Positions 1 to 6,803 of a stretch of 64,000 nt of DNA are shown here, piece by piece. Source of the stretch: a candidate division WOR-3 bacterium (lineage in GTDB: Bacteria > Hydrothermota > Tepidihabitantia > B3-TA06). The notes under the pieces are model-generated. The model had not been told where the DNA came from. It ran no database searches and saw nothing but the letters and a program-made list of their open reading frames with translations. The stretch is from NCBI GenBank assembly GCA_016934635.1, contig JAFGSK010000029.1, positions 895-64,894 on the forward strand. The letters run 5' to 3'. The translations under genes were made by a program, and so were the position numbers. Position 1 is the stretch's first letter. Each line of letters starts with the position of its first letter.

Positions 1-321
1 GTAACGGTACTCCTTCCCGTTTTCGACTGTTGAATCCGTCCAACACCAGGTCGCATAAAGTGGGGTAGTGGGTCCCAACTCCCGCAGGGCCTCGAATTCC
101 CCTTCACCTTCAGCCCGCATCAGCTTGAAAAGGCCGAACTTGCCTCCCTGGTAGAGCAAGGTGGAGTCGTTGAGCCAGCACTGGACGCTTACCCTGCCGT
201 CTGCAGGCATCACCTTTACCCATAAGAAAGGGTCAATCTTATCCGGCGTCCTGGTGCAGCCGGAAAGGGCAACCCCCCCCATAATCAGAATGAAACTCAC
301 TAGAATGCGGCTTTTCTTCAT
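1..321 (-). CDS. Lipoprotein, N-terminal part (gene runs off the left window edge)
   Basis: Reverse-strand ATG at 321 gives MKKSRILVSFILIMGGVALSGC (signal peptide plus lipobox LSGC). The frame stays open to position 1. It is absent from the ORF track because no stop lies in the window. Confidence 0.45.
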   Translation of the reverse strand, partial: MKKSRILVSFILIMGGVALSGCTRTPDKIDPFLWVKVMPADGRVSVQCWLNDSTLLYQGGKFGLFKLMRAEGEGEFEALRELGPTTPLYATWCWTDSTVENGKEYRY

Positions 322-357
322 GGCTTAAGGATACACGCCGTTGTTCCCAGGTCAAGG

Positions 358-1743
358 TTACTTGTTAAGAACAACCTTGAGAGCCGAAGCCCTGTCATTC
401 GACTTTGGGTTAATGAAGTACACTCCTGGCCCGTAATCTTCACCCCATGTTATAGTTCCAGACTGCTGGTTTGGATGAATTTCGTCAACCATTCTACCCG
501 AGGCGTCGAAGATTACTGCGTGGAAGCCTTGAGGACAGTCTGCGAATCGCAGGACGACCTCGGAACCAACAGATGAGATAACCTCATAATCAGAAACAGG
601 TGTAACTAGAGGTTCTTCCTTAACGGCAACGTACACAAGCGAATCGGTTTTGATTAACCAAAGGTCACCATAGGTAGTGTCCTTTTCTCCAACTATAATG
701 TAACCTCCGTCATCAGTTTGCCGAACGTAACACCCTTGATCGTAGCCCTCTCCCCCAAAGATTCTGGTCCATTCCTTGTTACCTATCGAATCGGTTTTCG
801 TGAGCCATATGTTGCTTTCATCCCAGCGATTAAGTCCGTTCCTTCCTGTTACAATAAAACCACCGTCATTTGTTTTATCCATTGCAACCAGGTATCGCTC
901 TCCATTCTCTCCATAATAGTTCACCCACTCCGGGTAGCCCTCCTTGTCGAGACCAACTAACACAGGCATATTCTGATCACATCCAGCTACAACCAATTTG
1001 TCCCCGCTTACTTCTTTAACACAAGTACACACAGTCATAAAGTGTCTCATCTGAGAATTTTCCCATTGAAGTTCACCATCTGCATTAAACTTTATCACCC
1101 ATCCCATTGTAAAGGAATACCCAGTAGTTCCTGCCACGATGTATCCACCATCAGAGGTTTCTTCAACCCATAGGCCCAAATCAATCTCGGAACTACCGTA
1201 AATGCGAGTCCATAGGGTATCCCCCAAAGAATCCGTTTTCAAAAGCCAGACGTCGGTCCATCCTGCACCGAACGAATAGGTGTTGCCAACGATAATGTAA
1301 CCGCCGTCAGATGTCTGCCTTACTTCTTTAGCATAATCAATCGTATCGCCACCGTAGGTTCGTGTCCACACCGTATCGCCAAGGGAATTGAATTTGAGCA
1401 ACCATATGTTTGAATCCACGAATTCGGTGTATTCCTGAATAACCCCGACAGCGATATATCCGTCGTCGTTTGTTTGTTGTACGCACTCACCACATCCCGC
1501 ACAGAGTATATCTGTCCAAAGGGTGTCACCATTAGCATCCGTTCTTATCACCCAAAACCTCTCATAAATTATACCATAAGTCGCAGAAAGCCCGGTAATA
1601 ATGTAACCTCCGTCAGATGTCTGTTCAACACACTTACCCCAGTCATAACCTTCACCGCCATATGTCCTCGACCAACCTGCATCAACTGTACTCGTGGATA
1701 GTAAAAAGACTATGGCATTTACGATTAAGGCATTCCTAACCAT
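358..1743 (-). CDS. Secreted beta-propeller-type repeat protein with T9SS C-terminal sorting domain
   Basis: Six to seven ~55-aa repeats of W.RTYGG...QTSDGGYII.G.T....D.WLLKTDS.GD. The C-terminus (GRMVDEI...GPGVYFI...KVVLNK) is T9SS CTD-like. I prefer the ATG at 1743 (MVRNALIVNAIVFLL signal peptide, AGGAGG 7 nt upstream) over the track start at 1794. Confidence 0.75.
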   Translation of the reverse strand: MVRNALIVNAIVFLLSTSTVDAGWSRTYGGEGYDWGKCVEQTSDGGYIITGLSATYGIIYERFWVIRTDANGDTLWTDILCAGCGECVQQTNDDGYIAVGVIQEYTEFVDSNIWLLKFNSLGDTVWTRTYGGDTIDYAKEVRQTSDGGYIIVGNTYSFGAGWTDVWLLKTDSLGDTLWTRIYGSSEIDLGLWVEETSDGGYIVAGTTGYSFTMGWVIKFNADGELQWENSQMRHFMTVCTCVKEVSGDKLVVAGCDQNMPVLVGLDKEGYPEWVNYYGENGERYLVAMDKTNDGGFIVTGRNGLNRWDESNIWLTKTDSIGNKEWTRIFGGEGYDQGCYVRQTDDGGYIIVGEKDTTYGDLWLIKTDSLVYVAVKEEPLVTPVSDYEVISSVGSEVVLRFADCPQGFHAVIFDASGRMVDEIHPNQQSGTITWGEDYGPGVYFINPKSNDRASALKVVLNK

Positions 1744-1815
1744 TTTATGCCTCCTTTTTGTGCCGGATGCCCGGCGTTTGACCACTAATCCCACCTCAGA
1801 CTGTACATCTATATT

Positions 1816-1843
1816 ATATTAGGTTGAAATGAGGTGTTGTCAA
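1816..1843 (-). promoter_or_regulatory. Sigma70-type promoter for 358..1743
   Basis: TTGACA-N16-TAATAT read on the minus strand. Confidence 0.55.
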
Positions 1844-1895
1844 GGTCAATACGGTGACGGCATACTAATTCGTATTTCTTCACTCCCTTTGGACG

Positions 1896-1926
1896 CTCGC
1901 AATGACAAAACCGCTGTCATTGCGAG
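1896..1926. repeat. Perfect 12-bp palindromic hairpin element
   Basis: CTCGCAATGACA-AAACCGC-TGTCATTGCGAG in a promoter-free stretch of the divergent intergenic region. Confidence 0.6.
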
Positions 1927-2018
1927 GAGTACGGCTCGCCGATACGACGAAGCAATCTCTGGGTTAAGATACACATGGTTGGAACACATACTCTCCATTC
2001 TGTAAAACCATCACCCTT

Positions 2019-2040
2019 GAACAGACAAGAGTGTCTGTTC
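2019..2040. repeat. Perfect 9-bp hairpin
   Basis: GAACAGACA-AGAG-TGTCTGTTC. Confidence 0.5.
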
Positions 2041-2076
2041 CACAAGCCCTGGTCATCTGGACAAGAAAGATGGGGT

Positions 2077-2107
2077 CCCCGCACGAAGACGAAGTATTCG
2101 TGCGGGG
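2077..2107. repeat. Perfect 11-bp hairpin
   Basis: CCCCGCACGAA-GACGAAGTA-TTCGTGCGGGG. No U-tract on either strand. Confidence 0.5.
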
Positions 2108-2117
2108 TGAATAATCG

Positions 2118-2145
2118 TTGACAACCCGCGATTTATCAATACCCT
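2118..2145 (+). promoter_or_regulatory. Candidate promoter for the GlmU-like/ROK operon
   Basis: TTGACA-N16-TACCCT (weak -10). ATG 2151 lies 5 nt after the -10. Confidence 0.4.
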
Positions 2146-2169
2146 CGTATATGGTTTTCATATACGAGG
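2143..2169. promoter_or_regulatory. Perfect 11-bp inverted repeat over the -10/start codon of the GlmU-like gene (operator or start-codon hairpin)
   Basis: CCTCGTATATG-GTTTT-CATATACGAGG. ATG 2151 lies inside the left arm. Confidence 0.5.
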
Positions 2170-3335
2170 ACAAGCCCGAGCGATTCGTGCCGTTGTCGTA
2201 TCTGCGGCCGGTTTCGGAGATTCGCTGCGGGGCCTTAACCTTCAGGGAGAAGATAGAAAGGGCGCTGAGGACGAAGGCAAAACTGATAGTGCGTGAGGAG
2301 CTATTTGACCTGTGCGCCGAGGAGTTCCCCGAACTGGAGATAGCCAAGGAGATACCTGAGGGCAGACACCTGTATCTGGCCGCGGGTACGGTACTTATAG
2401 AGCCTGTATCTCTATCCGAGTGCGACGAGATTCTAACAGACGAGCAAGAAAACGTCGTGGGATTCACGACCGACAAGCTTTCAGGTTCGGAGTCCATAAT
2501 GGAGGATATAGGAAATTTCCTTTCGGCGACTTCGATTTCGCGCCGGTGTATTCCTGCAAGACGGATAAACTACCCATGGGAAATATTCGCTTCAATAGAA
2601 CTTGAGGTTGCCCGCGACTTCGAGGGGGAGTTAGGGGAAGGCGAGGTAGACCCCCACGCTTCGGTATACGGCAAGGCTCTGAGGATAGAGAAGGAAGCGG
2701 TTGTCCAGGCAGGGACTGTGATCGACTGCCGGAAAGGACCTGTAACGATTGCTAGTAAGGCATTGATAAAAGGACCTACCCTTATTGAAGGCCCTTGTTA
2801 TGTAGGACCTGAAACTATTGTAGATAGTGCCCGGTTACGTCCGGGTACGGTACTTGGCCCTTGCTCGAGGGTCGGTGGCGAGGTGGAGGCGTCTATCTTC
2901 CACGGCTACGTGAACAAACATCACGAGGGATTCATTGGTCACGCATACCTGGGCGAGTGGGTCAACCTGGGGGCAATGACCACAAACTCCGATCTAAAGA
3001 ACAACTACTCCGAGGTCAAGGTGGTTCTCAACGGCGAGAGCTTCTCAACAGGCTTAACCAAGTTCGGTTGCATCATCGGGGACCATACGAAGACGGCTAT
3101 CGGCACGCTCATCCCTACCGGAGCCGTGATCGGGATATTCGCCAACGTACTGGGTGGTGGATTGTGTTCCAAGAACGTTACAAGCTTTTCTTGGGGCGAG
3201 ACCGAGGTCTACAAGCTTTCACAGCTGGCCCTAACCACCCAGCGTGTGATGGCTCGCCGTGACCGCAGCATGGGTCAAGCCCTGCGCGAACGCATCGAGG
3301 CCGTCCACAACGAACTGACTCAAGATGCAGGTTGA
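2151..3335 (+). CDS. GlmU-like sugar nucleotidyltransferase with left-handed beta-helix acyltransferase domain
   Basis: N-terminus is MVFIYEDKPERFVPLSYLRPVSEIRCGALTF. The C-terminal half carries hexapeptide-repeat-like segments (GPCYVGPETIV, GEWVNLGAMTTNSDLKNNY, GCIIGDHTKTAIGT). The track start at 2118 is the TTG of a TTGACA -35 box, so ATG 2151 is preferred. Confidence 0.65.
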   Translation: MVFIYEDKPERFVPLSYLRPVSEIRCGALTFREKIERALRTKAKLIVREELFDLCAEEFPELEIAKEIPEGRHLYLAAGTVLIEPVSLSECDEILTDEQENVVGFTTDKLSGSESIMEDIGNFLSATSISRRCIPARRINYPWEIFASIELEVARDFEGELGEGEVDPHASVYGKALRIEKEAVVQAGTVIDCRKGPVTIASKALIKGPTLIEGPCYVGPETIVDSARLRPGTVLGPCSRVGGEVEASIFHGYVNKHHEGFIGHAYLGEWVNLGAMTTNSDLKNNYSEVKVVLNGESFSTGLTKFGCIIGDHTKTAIGTLIPTGAVIGIFANVLGGGLCSKNVTSFSWGETEVYKLSQLALTTQRVMARRDRSMGQALRERIEAVHNELTQDAG

Positions 3336-4254
3336 ATCCCTAGGGATAGACATAGGCGGCACCAATACCGTCCTGGGATCGGTGGACTCCGAGGGCAGGG
3401 TTGTACAAACCGTAAGGTTGAAAACCCGGATGCAAGACGGCCCAGATGCCCTTGTTGAGGATATATTCATTCAGGCCACGAGGATGATGGGTGAGAGGCG
3501 AATTTCACAGGTTGGTGCAGGAATCGCAGGATTGATAGATCACCGCAAGGGAATCGTCCGGTCTTCGCCCAATCTGGAAAGCTGGTCCGACTTACCCTTA
3601 AAGGATATGCTTCACGAACGTTTCAGAGTGCCGGTCGCGGTAGGAAACGACGTAAATGCAATCGCCTGGGGGGAGTACAGGTTCGGAGGCTACGACACCG
3701 AGGACCTTTTTTGCTTCACACTGGGTACAGGCGTAGGCGGCGGGATAGTATCACAGGGACGGCTCATCCTGGGTGCAAACGACGCGGCAGCCGAGTTCGG
3801 ACATACCGCTTTTGAAGGTAACTCAAGGTGTTCGTGCGGCATTGCAGGCTGTCTTGAAGCCTACGTTGGCAGCGAACGGCTGGTTCGCAAGGCCAAACGT
3901 AGAATGCGATTGGCATCCCCCTTGATTAAACTCGTTTCCAAAGCCGAGCTTACGCCCAAGCTTTTAGCTCAGGCGGCTCGCGAGGGAGATGAGGTTGCAA
4001 GAAAGATATTTACCGAAGCCGGTGAGCGAATCGGCAGGGCCCTGGGCAACGTTGTGCAGCTTATCGACCCTGAGGTTATCGTAGTAAACGGAGGAATAAG
4101 CAAAGCGGGAGACTTGATAATAGAGCCTATCCGCCAGGCGCTCAAGCGCTACACCATGCCATTGAAAGGACGCAAGCTCAGGGTAGTCCGTTCAAAGCTG
4201 GGCGAGCGGGCAGGTATACTGGGAGCTGCGAGGCTGGTTGAGGTTTTGGGGTAG
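3325..4254 (+). CDS. ROK-family sugar kinase (glucokinase-like, no HTH domain)
   Basis: GIDIGGTN ATP-binding motif and ROK zinc motif CSCGIAGCLEAY. The start overlaps the upstream stop by 11 nt. Confidence 0.85.
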   Translation: MQVESLGIDIGGTNTVLGSVDSEGRVVQTVRLKTRMQDGPDALVEDIFIQATRMMGERRISQVGAGIAGLIDHRKGIVRSSPNLESWSDLPLKDMLHERFRVPVAVGNDVNAIAWGEYRFGGYDTEDLFCFTLGTGVGGGIVSQGRLILGANDAAAEFGHTAFEGNSRCSCGIAGCLEAYVGSERLVRKAKRRMRLASPLIKLVSKAELTPKLLAQAAREGDEVARKIFTEAGERIGRALGNVVQLIDPEVIVVNGGISKAGDLIIEPIRQALKRYTMPLKGRKLRVVRSKLGERAGILGAARLVEVLG

Positions 4255-4262
4255 AGTATTTC

Positions 4263-4297
4263 CATTTCAAATTTCAAAATATAAACTTAAAAAATTA
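4263..4297 (+). repeat. AT-rich heptad-repeat element directly 3' of the ROK gene stop
   Basis: CATTTCAAATTTCAAAATATAAACTTAAAAAATTA has a 7-nt periodicity of (T)TCAAAW. Confidence 0.45.
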
Positions 4298-4319
4298 AAG
4301 CTAGCCTGAGGCTGGCTTC
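4288..4319 (-). terminator. Weak hairpin plus U-tract between convergent genes
   Basis: AAGCTAGCC-TGA-GGCTGGCTT (one wobble/mismatch), flanked by an A-run on the plus strand, which is a U-run for the minus strand. Confidence 0.4.
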
Positions 4320-4424
4320 AGATATGTCGCCGCTATCTTCACGTTATAGGACCACAAAGCGGCCTCTTACATTTTAAATTCCCCTCTACTTAACGGTTAG
4401 CAGGCGTTACCGAAGGTAGGAAGG

Positions 4425-5054
4425 TTAAGGGGAAAACACCAGACCCACGGAGATGAAGATGGTGAATTCTTCCCCTTCACGGCTTTCCTGATTAAAGGGA
4501 TTGTCTGGATTGCCGTTTAACTGAACCGTTATTGCAGGCTTTAGCCAGAGCGTCGGAATGAGCTTTATGCCTACGTCCCCTTTCAGCTGGAATCCAACGT
4601 CGGTGGCGAGATCCTCTTTTTCAAAATCCTCCTCGTCAAAGTGAATCACGAGATCATACTGATAGTTGCCCGAGTTGTGGACGATGAAGGAGGGACCTAA
4701 CCCGGCTCCAATATGGAATCCTTTTGAGGGCTTGAGTTGAGCCTTCAAGAGCAGTGGTATTACCAGATTACTCATGTGAATTTCCATGTCGTCGCCCTCG
4801 ATCAGGAAGTCTTCACCCTTGTATCCCGCGCTTTGCAGAAGGAAGCCTGTTTCCACCCCTATGTATGCTGGCAGACACGAAGGCGTAATCCCTATGCTGC
4901 CGAGTACGCCGAGGTGTGCACCCAAGCCTGAGATCTTGTGTCCGTCGTCGTCCTGCCAACTCTGGGTATTTAAACCCACATGGCCTCCGATCTCGATCCC
5001 CCAGGCAACGCCCGCCGCGAGAACGAGCATTAACAAAACCGCGCACTTTCTCAT
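4425..5054 (-). CDS. Small outer-membrane beta-barrel protein (paralog 1 of 3)
   Basis: Signal peptide MRKCAVLLMLVLAAGVAWG. The sequence alternates hydrophobic/polar residues, is Gly/aromatic-rich and ends in an aromatic-containing motif. It is similar to the two downstream ORFs. Confidence 0.7.
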   Translation of the reverse strand: MRKCAVLLMLVLAAGVAWGIEIGGHVGLNTQSWQDDDGHKISGLGAHLGVLGSIGITPSCLPAYIGVETGFLLQSAGYKGEDFLIEGDDMEIHMSNLVIPLLLKAQLKPSKGFHIGAGLGPSFIVHNSGNYQYDLVIHFDEEDFEKEDLATDVGFQLKGDVGIKLIPTLWLKPAITVQLNGNPDNPFNQESREGEEFTIFISVGLVFSP

Positions 5055-5303
5055 GTCAACTCCTCTTTTTACTTATTTTTCGAATTTTGAGTTTAACTCC
5101 GCGGGATATTATCCTCGGCTAGAGCTTAAATGCAAGTCCCAGGGAGTCAAGCAAGGCTGTCCGGAGATGATAAAACGTGTTTGACCCGGTGATAGTTTAC
5201 GCCGGTTAAGATAGTAACCTCGCTGGCACTACCTGATACCACCAGGAAGGCGACTGAAAGGAAGTGCGTTTGCTCGCACCTCCTGAGTCAAATAGATCCT
5301 CTG

Positions 5304-5924
5304 TTACCCGCCGATTAACCTCCACGGCCTGTATGTAAGTTCCAAGGAAAAGAAGAAGGATTGTTTCTTCGCCTCGACTTCAACAGGAAGCCTGATATTC
5401 GCGGCCATCGCTGGCTTAAGCCACAGGCATGGCATGATCTCTATCCCCACATAAGCTTTCGAGAACCAACCCCAGTAGTCTTCAAGCTCATCTTCAGAGA
5501 GAACTATCGTATGGGTGCCGGCTTTATATGTACCGGAAATGTTACGGTTTGCGGATAGGCCTGAACCGAAACCAAGCTCAAGCCTCGGATTTAGTTTAAT
5601 CTCCAGCGCTACAAGCATCGGGAAGACAACATTGTTATAGGACCGACTCTCCATGCCGTCCGACGGATAGTAGGTTGTAACATTATCTTTCTGATACAGA
5701 CAACCGCCTTCCAATCTCAACTCCGGCAGGACACTTAAACCAAGAAGTGCCCCACCATGAAACCCAAAGCCGTATTCTTTCGGATCTTCGAGTTCATAGC
5801 CGACTACACAGGCATGAGCCCACATCCTTTTCCATCTCTGATAATTCATTCCGCCGGGTACGGTGATTTCGATCGCCCCCAACGAAGCAATCGCTAGAAT
5901 TGTTGCGAGGATTGTGCGTCTCAT
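5304..5924 (-). CDS. Small outer-membrane beta-barrel protein (paralog 2 of 3)
   Basis: Has a signal peptide and shares IEIT..GG.N.Q.W and LWLKPA motifs with its neighbours. Has an SD site. Confidence 0.7.
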   Translation of the reverse strand: MRRTILATILAIASLGAIEITVPGGMNYQRWKRMWAHACVVGYELEDPKEYGFGFHGGALLGLSVLPELRLEGGCLYQKDNVTTYYPSDGMESRSYNNVVFPMLVALEIKLNPRLELGFGSGLSANRNISGTYKAGTHTIVLSEDELEDYWGWFSKAYVGIEIMPCLWLKPAMAANIRLPVEVEAKKQSFFFSLELTYRPWRLIGG

Positions 5925-5965
5925 GATAGCCTCCTAACCAATCAGTTTATTTCGACCACCTTGTT

Positions 5966-5993
5966 ATTGTAGTAAATATTTGTAAGGTGTCAA
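5966..5993 (-). promoter_or_regulatory. Promoter for OMP paralog 2
   Basis: TTGACA-N16-TACAAT on the minus strand. Confidence 0.55.
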
Positions 5994-6059
5994 GATTGAG
6001 ATGGATCGTTCGCAGCACATACTCCCACATCCAGTCACAACCTCAATATTGAACACTCT

Positions 6060-6698
6060 CTAAAATTCGTATGCAAGCCCCAGGGAAGCAAAGTATGCCC
6101 TTTTGTCAACAAACGTTTCAGGGGAAAGATCGGCAATCTTGTACTGACAGGTTACTGAAGCCTTTATCCAAAGTCGAGGTATTATTCTATACCCCACTTC
6201 ACCTTTGACCAGCCAGGCCAGGTAAGTATCCATCTGGCTTCTTTCGAACTCATGTTCATATAAGTGTTCCTCTGTTTCGTATTCTATCCAGGACTTACCT
6301 GCCAAAGGACGTACAACCGAAATGCCGGAACCTAAACCAACGTTAAGCAGGGGCAGGAAATCCACCGAGCCCTTCAGAAGTACGGGGACGACCAGATTAT
6401 CGTATTTCCAGTACGCGTAAGCCGAGTCGTATATTTCACCGTATTCATCTTGAAAATAGAATATATCATCATATCTCTCATACTGGTAAATTACCCCGGT
6501 TTCGACCCCCAGGGTAAGGGGTATCCGGCTGAAGGTTATACCCTCGCCTATCATAGCACCCGCGTGCCAACTTATACCGTTTATCAAAACGGTACTGTCG
6601 TCAACCCATGTCTGTTGGTTACCCCCGCCAAGCGCTGTTATCTCGACCGCTCCCACAGACGTCGCAGCAAGGATTGTAAGCTGGATTATACGCATCAT
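6060..6698 (-). CDS. Small outer-membrane beta-barrel protein (paralog 3 of 3)
   Basis: Has a signal peptide, VEITALGGGNQQTW and RLWIKAS motifs, and the terminal residue is F. Its 5' flank is nearly identical to that of paralog 2 (GGTTAGGAGGCTATCATG). Confidence 0.7.
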   Translation of the reverse strand: MMRIIQLTILAATSVGAVEITALGGGNQQTWVDDSTVLINGISWHAGAMIGEGITFSRIPLTLGVETGVIYQYERYDDIFYFQDEYGEIYDSAYAYWKYDNLVVPVLLKGSVDFLPLLNVGLGSGISVVRPLAGKSWIEYETEEHLYEHEFERSQMDTYLAWLVKGEVGYRIIPRLWIKASVTCQYKIADLSPETFVDKRAYFASLGLAYEF

Positions 6699-6736
6699 GA
6701 TAGCCTCCTAACCGATCCTTTATTAGATCACGGTTT

Positions 6737-6764
6737 AATATATTCCGAATCTATCGCTTGTCAA
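6737..6764 (-). promoter_or_regulatory. Promoter for OMP paralog 3
   Basis: TTGACA-N16-TATATT on the minus strand, back to back with the plus-strand promoter. Confidence 0.55.
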
Positions 6765-6766
6765 GA

Positions 6767-6794
6767 TTGACACCTCCCTTACTCACCTTATAAT
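6767..6794 (+). promoter_or_regulatory. Promoter for 6804..9602 (near-leaderless)
   Basis: TTGACA-N16-TATAAT. The ATG lies 9 nt after the -10 and there is no SD. Confidence 0.65.
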
Positions 6795-6803
6795 CGGACA
6801 ATA

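Noticed and set aside
1964-2497. 177-aa minus-strand ORF spanning the palindrome region and the 5' end of the GlmU-like gene
   Set aside because: It is Ser/Arg-rich and low-complexity with no SD. It is antisense to a well-supported gene and runs through the promoter and palindromes, so it is most likely a chance ORF.
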